Positions 35,742-43,336 of a DNA stretch of 55,143 bases are shown piece after piece (the first letter of the stretch is position 1; each line of letters begins with the position of its first letter). The notes beneath the pieces were generated by a model that searched no databases, was not told the DNA's origin, and was given only the letters and a program-made list of their open reading frames with translations. This DNA is from a virus (lineage: Duplodnaviria; Caudoviricetes): positions 1 to 55,143 of the IMG/VR virus record IMGVR_UViG_3300033153_005039, one strand, 5' to 3'. The translations under genes and the position numbers were made by a program.

Positions 35742-35794
35742 TTCTATTTCCTCCGTAGTGTTGCGCGTTTCCCGTCGCGCCCCGGCTCTATTGA

Positions 35795-35950
35795 TTATGA
35801 TGTGATCTTGAATTCCTTGATGATGATGTCCCTGATTGCCCTCCGCGCCCTTCCCATCTCTCTGGATTTTTCGTAGTCTCCCTTTTTGATTTTGTCATCC
35901 TGCATGTCGTAAAGGTCTGATTGGATTTTCTGTAGTTCGTTGATTTTCAT
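35795..35950 (-). CDS. hypothetical moron protein (51 aa, not in ORF track)
   Basis: CAGGAG RBS; MKINELQKIQSDLYDMQ...; directly after the promoter. Confidence 0.65.
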   Translation of the reverse strand: MKINELQKIQSDLYDMQDDKIKKGDYEKSREMGRARRAIRDIIIKEFKITS

Positions 35951-35985
35951 TTCATGTCTCCTGTTTGTTTTTATCTTACACCCAT

Positions 35986-36025
35986 AGTATAAACCACCTT
36001 ATACCTTTTGTCAAGCACTTTTATA
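35986..36025 (-). promoter_or_regulatory. sigma70-type moron promoter homologous to 4830-4869
   Basis: TTGACA-17-TATACT on the minus strand; 32/40 identical to the 4830 promoter. Confidence 0.85.
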
Positions 36026-36178
36026 CATAATAATCAATAAAAATACCCGCCGCCGTTGCCGGATTAATCCTCTACGACGTTTGCAGCGACAATAGAATGT
36101 ATAACATGGCGACTATCGGTATAAATAGTATTGAGCCGATTAGCATTCTCCATTGCCCGTCAGACATGTTCCTGAACA

Positions 36179-36296
36179 TTATGTCTCCTCGACGAATTCA
36201 CAGGGTATGTTGAGGGATTGCAAGTTGCCCGATTTAAGTTCGTCTATCATCGACAAACTCATCCAGTGTCATCGGTTCAATCTGTTTGTCTGTCAT
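36179..36296 (-). pseudogene. internally deleted remnant resembling gene 50024..50323
   Basis: MTLDE near the start and PCEFVE near the end lie in different frames; both match the ends of the 50024 protein. Confidence 0.5.
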
Positions 36297-36651
36297 CAGT
36301 TTCCTCCACGGTTAGACGGTCAATATGCGCTTGCGCTTCTTCCTCTGTTGGATAGCTTGCAAGACAAGCAGGGAGAATCTCACCACAACACGGACAGGTT
36401 TCCATACAGCGAACTTGATACTCTCTTCTCTTTGGATCACCGGGAAAAATTACTCCAATGTTAAAGTCGTCTTGCTTAAACGTCCCTCTTATCCCTTCAA
36501 TCATGGCAGCCCGTTCAGCTACAAGGCGATCACGACACCAGTAAATTCCACGTGCGAGTTCAGATGAATGGACTTCGCTTTCAGCGTAGTAGTTTGCCTT
36601 GTCGGTTAATTCGGCGATCAGCGCATCAATTGGATTCTGTTTGTCTGTCAT
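36277..36651 (-). CDS. hypothetical protein
   Basis: GGAGG RBS; ATGA overlap. Confidence 0.65.
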   Translation of the reverse strand: MTDKQNPIDALIAELTDKANYYAESEVHSSELARGIYWCRDRLVAERAAMIEGIRGTFKQDDFNIGVIFPGDPKRREYQVRCMETCPCCGEILPACLASYPTEEEAQAHIDRLTVEETDDRQTD

Positions 36652-37079
36652 AGAAAAGGGTCCTCCCAGATTTTAATTTCGGCAATGTCTTTATAAATAT
36701 TTTCCCATTCGCTAAGTTTCAATAATACATCCCTGTGTGGATTCCCGTTTTCGAGAACGCGGATATAAAATTCATCACGCGAAGATTCCATTATAAACTT
36801 TCGCAGCCAGATAACTTCAAGGACTTTCTCTTCTTCGGCTTCATTCAGCTCCTCTCTCTTCGTTAGCATCTTCTTTCGCAAATCCCTGACTTCCACTAGC
36901 TGATATCTGATATGTGAAATCAAAGGTTTGAGCCAGCCAAACTCCGTAATCGTATCCGTGTCATCGGAGTCCCAATCCACCTTATCGAATTCACTGTCCA
37001 ATTCGTCGAACAATTTTTTACTGATTTTATAGCAGTCTAGTAAATAACCAAGAGCCATACTGGCATAGAAGTTACTCAT
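36648..37079 (-). CDS. hypothetical protein
   Basis: 143-aa ORF in operon. Confidence 0.65.
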   Translation of the reverse strand: MSNFYASMALGYLLDCYKISKKLFDELDSEFDKVDWDSDDTDTITEFGWLKPLISHIRYQLVEVRDLRKKMLTKREELNEAEEEKVLEVIWLRKFIMESSRDEFYIRVLENGNPHRDVLLKLSEWENIYKDIAEIKIWEDPFL

Positions 37080-37299
37080 GATTCCCCCCTTCGTTTAGTT
37101 TAATTAGTTTTTCGAGTGGACTCGGCTTCCCATCCATACAGTCGAGAACTTCCTGAAACGCCTGCCCTTTCCAGGAAGATTCTGCCATTGACTGCATTCC
37201 CCCATCCCTGGCTTGGTCTAGCCATGATTTGACCTGAGTACGGAGTTCCGCAAACCGCTTCTCCCATGCAGCGCACGTATCGCATTTGCCGTTTGTCAT
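37072..37299 (-). CDS. hypothetical protein; C-terminus similar to 48765..49007
   Basis: SMAESSWK.QAFQEVL..MD....PLE vs SIAESIWK..AFEEVL..ID....PLE. Confidence 0.65.
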   Translation of the reverse strand: MTNGKCDTCAAWEKRFAELRTQVKSWLDQARDGGMQSMAESSWKGQAFQEVLDCMDGKPSPLEKLIKLNEGGNHE

Positions 37300-37502
37300 T
37301 ATTTACCTCCACTCCTCTTAAAATAACCGCCGATGATTGAAAGCAACAATGCGAGTCCGAACGCCTGCCAGTAAGTAAGTTCCGGCGCACTGAATACTCC
37401 CGCTGCAATCCAGTTCCATAGAAGCATTAAGAACAACGCTCCGGCGAATGCACAGATTGCGATGATTAATAATATTCCGAGACATCCTAGAAAAATTGTC
37501 AT
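37299..37502 (-). CDS. small membrane protein
   Basis: LWNW....F..P.LTYWQAFGL motif; two TM segments. Confidence 0.8.
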   Translation of the reverse strand: MTIFLGCLGILLIIAICAFAGALFLMLLWNWIAAGVFSAPELTYWQAFGLALLLSIIGGYFKRSGGK

Positions 37503-37504
37503 GA

Positions 37505-38245
37505 TTACGCTCCTTGATTTTTTATCCTCTCTCTCAACTTAGCAATCTCGAACCCGTCCTTTGTCGCCTCGACCGTCAACTCATTTACCTTGTCCCTGAG
37601 CGTCTTGATTACCTGATCCTTATTCTCCAATCGCTCAGGATACTTTTCATCGACGAAAGCCTGCAATGCGACGTTGGAATCGTCAAGCTTTTTCTGCAAG
37701 AGTTGATTCGCCGATTTAATCCGCTTCATATCTATTTCATATTGATTCAGTCTTGTCCGCAGCGTTGTAATTTCCCTTTGGAGTCCAGCGAGTGCCTTGC
37801 TGTCTTCGCTTATGGTCAACGTGTCACGTTTCTTTTTCAACTCAGGTTGTACGTGACGTTTCCGCTCAGTAACAAGATCGACATTCGCTTTGTCCAGTTT
37901 CGTTCTCAGGATTTTCATGTCCGTTTCCATGAGGTCATGCTTTTGCTTCGAGATCGCACATGCATCCTGCAACTTTTTGACAGCGTAATTATGCTCTACT
38001 CGATTGGAAGTTATCACACTTTCCTTATCGGCGATGCCCTTAGTCAGTTTCGCAATCTCATTCGTCTTAACCGCCAGCGCAACCTTCGCAGTCTTTAAAC
38101 TTCCGGCAGCCCTTTGATATTCTATGCGGGTAGATGTCAGCTCTTTATTCAGCGCATCGACCTTGCCTGATAGATCGTTCAGTTCAGCATCTTTAACTTT
38201 CAGGGCTGTCATTGCGGACTCATATAATTGTTCGTAGTCTTTCAT
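37505..38245 (-). CDS. long coiled-coil protein
   Basis: Heptad K/E/L-rich 246 aa; GGAGG RBS. Confidence 0.75.
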   Translation of the reverse strand: MKDYEQLYESAMTALKVKDAELNDLSGKVDALNKELTSTRIEYQRAAGSLKTAKVALAVKTNEIAKLTKGIADKESVITSNRVEHNYAVKKLQDACAISKQKHDLMETDMKILRTKLDKANVDLVTERKRHVQPELKKKRDTLTISEDSKALAGLQREITTLRTRLNQYEIDMKRIKSANQLLQKKLDDSNVALQAFVDEKYPERLENKDQVIKTLRDKVNELTVEATKDGFEIAKLRERIKNQGA

Positions 38246-38430
38246 ATCTTCATCACCTCCGGGAGTTTATGACTCAGCCTCGCTTCTATTTTCTCTCTCA
38301 GTATTATCAGCGCACGTTCGTAACTCTGCGTGGTATCTGATGAATTACCGCTGTCGTCGTATATGGCAAAGCAATACGGCTCATCCTGTTCGATGATACC
38401 GAAAAGCATTTCAGGCTTGATGTCTGTCAC
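38242..38430 (-). CDS. hypothetical protein
   Basis: GTG start inside a junction motif. Confidence 0.6.
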   Translation of the reverse strand: MTDIKPEMLFGIIEQDEPYCFAIYDDSGNSSDTTQSYERALIILREKIEARLSHKLPEVMKI

Positions 38431-38597
38431 GATTCATCATCCTCCATCCACATCGGTTTGAATATTCCACCACCGAAATAGATACTGAATACGATTCCTG
38501 GGATCAGGACGACTATTAACTCATCGGTGTGGTCAAAGTACATAACTCCCCAAAATGCGATAGGATAGCAGTCTATGTGGAATCGCCACTTGCTCAC
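38427..38597 (-). CDS. small hydrophobic protein ending EDDES (56 aa, not in ORF track)
   Basis: GTGA overlaps at both ends; MSKWRFHIDC...MEDDES. Confidence 0.65.
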   Translation of the reverse strand: MSKWRFHIDCYPIAFWGVMYFDHTDELIVVLIPGIVFSIYFGGGIFKPMWMEDDES

Positions 38598-38863
38598 GAT
38601 TCATCCTTCTGCCACATGAAATCCATGTGGACGTAAGCGCAGTTGGCGCAGTAATCACTTGTCGGTTCTAGCCATCCCCAAAAGCCGGAAAGCGTCACGC
38701 ACGGTTCACCACAGTCCTGACATGGTATCGGATCAGTTGCGTCGGCGAGTGTGCGCTGAACAGGAGTGATGTATTTATACTCCGGCTCACCCTCGCGTGG
38801 GAAACACCAGACGTGCCCATTTCTGGCTGCACTTGAACCCCCACACACCGTAGAATATGTCAT
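38594..38863 (-). CDS. Cys-rich hypothetical protein ending KDES
   Basis: CQDC...CANC; TAATG overlap. Confidence 0.65.
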   Translation of the reverse strand: MTYSTVCGGSSAARNGHVWCFPREGEPEYKYITPVQRTLADATDPIPCQDCGEPCVTLSGFWGWLEPTSDYCANCAYVHMDFMWQKDES

Positions 38864-38952
38864 TATTTACACCCCGCTAGAAATAGAATTATCGATCCCG
38901 CCACGGCGATGAAGTTCCAGAACGCCCACCATTCATATTTAGTCTGGCTCAC
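38863..38952 (-). CDS. 29-aa hydrophobic peptide (not in ORF track)
   Basis: GTG within the junction repeat; MSQTKYEWWAFWNFIAVAGSIILFLAGCK; TAATG coupling to the next gene. Confidence 0.55.
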   Translation of the reverse strand: MSQTKYEWWAFWNFIAVAGSIILFLAGCK

Positions 38953-39209
38953 GATCCATCCTCCAGGAGCTTGCGGGCTTCATCAAGAGCTTTATCTTGA
39001 CGAAGGTCATCAAATTCAGCCTTGTCATACACGGCAAAATTAGTAGACCTCAATTTGGCAAAGGCTCTATTCCAGCACTCACATAATGCCACCACCTTCG
39101 GCAGCATGTCCGCACGGGCTTTCATGCGGTCAAACTCATCCGCAGGCAGACCTTTAAGCTCCGTTACGTTAACACCGATCACCTGCGTCCATTTGTAATT
39201 GTTAGTCAC
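38949..39209 (-). CDS. hypothetical protein ending EDGS
   Basis: GTG 39209 within the junction repeat, with GGAGG RBS. Confidence 0.7.
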   Translation of the reverse strand: MTNNYKWTQVIGVNVTELKGLPADEFDRMKARADMLPKVVALCECWNRAFAKLRSTNFAVYDKAEFDDLRQDKALDEARKLLEDGS

Positions 39210-39544
39210 GATCCATCCTCCGGGTAGTCGAATTCCACAACCCACGGCATCTTGGCGGGACCGCCCATCATGGTTATAAATTCTTCCTTGTCTTTCCAGT
39301 ACCTTGCCCCGCCCTCTCGCTCGAAGTCTTCATCTGTCATTGAATACATTGACTGCCTGTACGGGTATTCCGTGATCCTGATCTTGCGTATGAACTCACC
39401 GCCACGATGCGGTCCTGCCGTCCATGCGTCAACGATCATACCGGGTTTGAATTTCGCAGCGTGACTGCCCTGCCAGAAACGGCGCGTGACTGTCTTGGTG
39501 CCGTCCTGGATAGCCTCAACTGTTTTCTGGAAGCTGACTATCAC
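39206..39544 (-). CDS. ASCH-domain protein ending EDGS
   Basis: SF....EAI.DG.KT.TRR ASCH signature; D..REG; WVVEF. Confidence 0.85.
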   Translation of the reverse strand: MIVSFQKTVEAIQDGTKTVTRRFWQGSHAAKFKPGMIVDAWTAGPHRGGEFIRKIRITEYPYRQSMYSMTDEDFEREGGARYWKDKEEFITMMGGPAKMPWVVEFDYPEDGS

Positions 39545-39918
39545 GATCCATCCTCCCCGTCCACGAATTCGGCGGTTCTGCCCAAAGCGGTGATAAACTG
39601 TTCTGCATCAACCCTAGTATAGCCGTGTAGGGCGAATTGCTTATTACCAATCATGATACACGGCAATCCGCCCGGTAGCAGCTTAAACCTCAACACCCCC
39701 CGCATACCCGCTTCCTTGCAATCGCAGTCGTACCCTAGCCGTCCGACGATGTACCTGCCAGTGTCCAGACATATCTTGCACTGACCGGGCTTGTACACTG
39801 GATTTGTCTCCTGCTGCTCCCGCCCCTTTTTCAAACACCGTGAGCACAGATGCGTTTCGTCGCGCGTTAACGGACACTCGCATTCAGCACATAGCCTGTC
39901 GCCTAATCCATCAGTCAT
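39541..39918 (-). CDS. zinc-finger hypothetical protein ending EDGS
   Basis: CAEC..CSRC and CKIC.DTG...CDC. Confidence 0.7.
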   Translation of the reverse strand: MTDGLGDRLCAECECPLTRDETHLCSRCLKKGREQQETNPVYKPGQCKICLDTGRYIVGRLGYDCDCKEAGMRGVLRFKLLPGGLPCIMIGNKQFALHGYTRVDAEQFITALGRTAEFVDGEDGS

Positions 39919-40043
39919 TTCTTCATCGCCTCCCGTAATTTGTCCTCGACTATAGTCTCTGGCTTCCCGATCACCTTGGCGATGTCCTGTATACTCACGC
40001 CGTACATAAACGCTCCCAGGATTACTTTTTGTAGTGTGGTCAT
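39915..40043 (-). CDS. 42-aa HTH-like peptide (not in ORF track)
   Basis: GVSIQDIAKVIGKPETIVEDKLREA; ATGA overlaps at both ends. Confidence 0.55.
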   Translation of the reverse strand: MTTLQKVILGAFMYGVSIQDIAKVIGKPETIVEDKLREAMKK

Positions 40044-40498
40044 GCGCTCACATCCTTGCCATGCAGGTACCAGTAAGCCTCGACCGCACGTCTGAGCACC
40101 AGCCCTTTGAGTATCCTTCTCGCAGCGTAGATATGATTCATGAAAGCGTATGCGGCCTTGAATCGCTCGCCTGCGTTGTGATATTTCATTACCTTACTCT
40201 TCCTCAACGCGCCGATCCCGATGTTGTACGCTAGCGATACCAGGGCATCGAACTCGCGCTGATTCGCCGGACGTTCAAGCATGTTCGCTACCTTTTCCAT
40301 GCGGTAATGGGTGTCGTTACGGAAAAGTTCGTCTGCTTTCTCACGGGTGATCTTCATTCCCCTGCCGATGGGTATGCCGTCCACCTTGCCAGTCTGACCG
40401 TAGCCGATTGTCCAGACACCAGCGGGGCACTTGTAGGCTGTCAGGCGTAAGCCCTCCCAATTTTGTATCTTGTTGATTATTCCGTTACTTAGTTCCAT
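40040..40498 (-). CDS. GH24 (T4/P21-type) lysozyme, endolysin
   Basis: WEGLRLTAYKCPAGVWTIGYG (E-x8-C-x5-T), FDALVSLAYNIG, GLVLRRA.E; CAGGAG RBS before ATG 40498. Confidence 0.93.
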   Translation of the reverse strand: MELSNGIINKIQNWEGLRLTAYKCPAGVWTIGYGQTGKVDGIPIGRGMKITREKADELFRNDTHYRMEKVANMLERPANQREFDALVSLAYNIGIGALRKSKVMKYHNAGERFKAAYAFMNHIYAARRILKGLVLRRAVEAYWYLHGKDVSA

Positions 40499-40664
40499 CG
40501 CTTGTCTCCTGCTGAAAGTTTCTACGCGCATGTTGATTGATTTCTTTGGCACATTGATGACAAACGTAAGTGATCCTATTTACGCTTGTCACTACCGGGT
40601 ATTCCCTGTCACAAAAATCACATTTAGCATTGCGGATTCTGTGAAACAAAAGCTTGCTACTCAT
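40485..40664 (-). CDS. C4 zinc-finger protein (59 aa, not in ORF track)
   Basis: AAAGGAG RBS; CDFC...VCHQC. Confidence 0.65.
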   Translation of the reverse strand: MSSKLLFHRIRNAKCDFCDREYPVVTSVNRITYVCHQCAKEINQHARRNFQQETSDGTK

Positions 40665-41100
40665 CGCTCTCTCCTTTCATGGCGGCGTCGATAGCTGCTC
40701 GTGGTGTGTTGTCATCGGTGGCCACATCCTCGCATTGTTCAGTGTCCTCTAATACCTCATCCTGAATGACGGGGCACCAAAATTCGCCACCGCCATTGTT
40801 GGTCGTTTTGTAATGTGAGCAGTCAATACATGTTTTCATATCGTTTTCTCCTTTCATTGCAGCGTCGATGGCTGCATTTATTGTTGAGTGCCATTGCGTG
40901 ACACCTCCAATGGCGTAAAGTTCTCTATCGCCCTGCTGCATGATTACCCACTCAGGGTGAGCGAGTAATGCCATGTACCGCTCCCGGTCGGCCTGCAGGG
41001 CGGCGAGTTCGGCTTTAACCTTATACCCCAACTGAATTGCGTTGCCGAAATGTGTATGATGAGAAGTTAATTCGTCAAGTAATTTATCTATTGCACTCAC
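40657..41100 (-). CDS. hypothetical protein, apparently two fused modules each ending AAIDAAMKGE
   Basis: Internal repeat with AAAGGAG RBS and an in-frame ATG near 40838. Confidence 0.7.
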   Translation of the reverse strand: MSAIDKLLDELTSHHTHFGNAIQLGYKVKAELAALQADRERYMALLAHPEWVIMQQGDRELYAIGGVTQWHSTINAAIDAAMKGENDMKTCIDCSHYKTTNNGGGEFWCPVIQDEVLEDTEQCEDVATDDNTPRAAIDAAMKGESDE

Positions 41101-41726
41101 GACGTCACCCCCAGCTCATTCCGCGCTTCATGCAAAGCTTGTAGATTCTTGAGCGGATGCCCTAAGTCATCTACAGCATTACTTTTTTCAACTTGCGTAC
41201 ACAGTGCATCCAACAGCCCACGCAGCCTGTCGTTGTCGGCCTGCATCGATGCGACGGCGGTGCGGAGAGCTTGAAGTAAGGGCCACTTCTTGTAATACGA
41301 CACGCCTTCAAGTTTATCCAACAGCGCCCCTAAATCCCCCGTCGGTTGCGGGTCTTTGGCGATCGCGTCGTCGAACAGGGTGAGGACTTTCTTGTAGGCG
41401 TGATACGCACTCAGGATACATTGTCCGACCAATGCGCCGTAACGTTTATCGACATCTCTGCTCAGTATATCGGTCAACTCATCAGCTTCCCTCTTTTCCT
41501 TTTCGGCCTCATCCCTCAACTTCACAATCTTATCTCGCATCAGGTTGCGGTCAGGGAATGATTCGACCGTGCCTAAGAAATCGGGGATGCTGGGTTCAAG
41601 GCGGTGGAAGGTTTCGCGCAGCAAGTCAAGACCGCGTGGCATTTGAAGGGATACAGAATGCAGCTTAACCCATTCTGTAAATTCGCGTTTCAACTCCTCA
41701 TGACTCAGTGTTTTCAGATCCATCAC
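41097..41726 (-). CDS. hypothetical protein
   Basis: GGAGG RBS; 209 aa. Confidence 0.7.
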   Translation of the reverse strand: MMDLKTLSHEELKREFTEWVKLHSVSLQMPRGLDLLRETFHRLEPSIPDFLGTVESFPDRNLMRDKIVKLRDEAEKEKREADELTDILSRDVDKRYGALVGQCILSAYHAYKKVLTLFDDAIAKDPQPTGDLGALLDKLEGVSYYKKWPLLQALRTAVASMQADNDRLRGLLDALCTQVEKSNAVDDLGHPLKNLQALHEARNELGVTS

Positions 41727-42303
41727 GTTCCTCCAGTTTTTTAATGATTGTTCTTATTTCCTTTCTGAGAGTTCGTCGATATCCTTTTGATGCCCGATCA
41801 TTGGCTGTAGCCAGTGCATACATAGTGTCGAATCTAGCCACCTGATCTACTTGAAAACTATTTGACCAGACAATCCATTTAAGAGTTTCCCTCAATTCGC
41901 CACCAGAATATTTCCACAAATTACATTCGATTAATCCAACCCCTGATGCCAGTTCAGTCTTTTTGATAATTCCAGGCGGGGTTACGAAAAAGAACCTGTC
42001 TGTTCTGCCAATATAATTATGCCATTTTTTATCAGCAGTAAAGTCCGCACGGCTTGATTTGATCTCGTACCCATCGATCCTGAACGGTTTATTACCACGG
42101 CGACGCTGCCTTTCAAGAGTGCAGACATCGATATGGTATTTTGCGTCCCATGTGTCTGGAATAATAGCCGGGGTTTTAGATACGCTGACTTGCTCAAATA
42201 GTTTGTTTCTATATTGGACACCAAGCATTGTTGCTGCCGTGAGAATTCGAGTAGCATCTTTACGATCCATTTTGCGCCAAAGATGATTGCAATCAATCCT
42301 CAT
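41698..42303 (-). CDS. MmcB-like PD-(D/E)XK nuclease-family protein
   Basis: IDV....GYEIKSSRADF.ADKKWHNY....DRFFFVTP.G.I...EL..GVGLIE; start uncertain. Confidence 0.8.
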   Translation of the reverse strand: MRIDCNHLWRKMDRKDATRILTAATMLGVQYRNKLFEQVSVSKTPAIIPDTWDAKYHIDVCTLERQRRRGNKPFRIDGYEIKSSRADFTADKKWHNYIGRTDRFFFVTPPGIIKKTELASGVGLIECNLWKYSGGELRETLKWIVWSNSFQVDQVARFDTMYALATANDRASKGYRRTLRKEIRTIIKKLEERDGSENTES

Positions 42304-42378
42304 GCGTCCCGTCCTTTTTGAACCGCGCCATACACAGCCCGGTGCCGTCCTTGATTGCCTGGTCAACGCCGATGGATA

Positions 42379-42675
42379 TCATGTGTCCTCCCGTGGGATG
42401 AAGTCGGGACAGGCGGGTCTTTTCTTAGAGCAATATGCGCCTGACTTCCTGCATCCACTGTCAAAGGAGGTGCCGTGTTCGTGTACGACACCACGAACAA
42501 CAATACAATCATGACTCCAATACCCACACTCCCCGCATGTGCGCTTGCGCCAGTCATGAAGCGGTACACGCTGCATCCTGATTGCGTCTGCGATGATTTC
42601 TAACCCGCCCTCCAAATTACTGAGGCGGTTGTTGATATCCTTGAGTTCATTCACGGTCCTAACCCACTCACTCAT
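42379..42675 (-). CDS. Cys-rich hypothetical protein
   Basis: GGAGG RBS; TCGECGYW...ACPDF. Confidence 0.65.
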   Translation of the reverse strand: MSEWVRTVNELKDINNRLSNLEGGLEIIADAIRMQRVPLHDWRKRTCGECGYWSHDCIVVRGVVHEHGTSFDSGCRKSGAYCSKKRPACPDFIPREDT

Positions 42676-43034
42676 CACCACACCTCCCATACCTGGCATA
42701 TGAGCGCGAACCCCATCGCCACGATTACGAAGATCATGAACCACCCAATGCCGTTGCTGAAATGATGCGTGTCGGGTTTGGGGTCGGGTTGGAATGAATC
42801 CCAATCAGATTCACTGGCTTGTGCGCCGATAGCACGTATGCGCTTGTGAATCGGCTCATTCTCAACAGCCCTGAACTCAGGCTGTTTACCGTCAAGCCGT
42901 TCCTTCTCGACAGCCTTAGCCTTCTTGTGGATCGCCACGTCCTTAGCAGCCTTGTGTAGCGGGTGCGATTCGTACAATACAAACGGATCATCGTCGGATA
43001 TCGGTTGCGGATCGTCAGGTAGTGTCGCTGTCAT
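42675..43034 (-). CDS. hypothetical protein with C-terminal TM helix
   Basis: GGAGG RBS; hydrophobic C-terminus. Confidence 0.65.
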   Translation of the reverse strand: MTATLPDDPQPISDDDPFVLYESHPLHKAAKDVAIHKKAKAVEKERLDGKQPEFRAVENEPIHKRIRAIGAQASESDWDSFQPDPKPDTHHFSNGIGWFMIFVIVAMGFALICQVWEVW

Positions 43035-43150
43035 CGGGTGCCTCCTGCGTCAGATAGAATGGGCATGTCTTACAAATATCCTCACGAACAGTACTAGAAG
43101 CGAACGTGCAATAGTCGCCATGCATGGGATGGTTCATGTAATAACCGCAG

Positions 43151-43336
43151 TTAGGATTTGTCATCGCTGTCAGCCTCCTTGACTTTAAATATCGTGTTCT
43201 CTAGTTTTTTAAGATCGTGAATTGATACAGGTTCCAATTTGTCCATCTTGATTTCGATAAACAAATCCTTTATGGCTTCCAGCGGATCACTAAACTCTGC
43301 GTAAAGGTTATCGCTTTTTAGGATTATGATCTTCAT
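43151..43336 (-). CDS. hypothetical protein
   Basis: GGAGG RBS before ATG 43336. Confidence 0.6.
   Translation of the reverse strand: MKIIILKSDNLYAEFSDPLEAIKDLFIEIKMDKLEPVSIHDLKKLENTIFKVKEADSDDKS

Larger units (their letters stand above)
38949..39556 (-). repeat. three exact 16-bp gene-junction repeats GGAGGATGGATCGTGA (38949-38964, 39206-39221, 39541-39556)
   Basis: tcacgatccatcctcc occurs three times on the + strand; variants at 38427-38445 and 38594-38609. Confidence 0.95.

Noticed and set aside
38949-39556. 16-bp repeats as a CRISPR array or integron attC sites
   Set aside because: The intervals are 257-335 bp of coding sequence, the repeats are not palindromic, and there is no cas operon or integron integrase.
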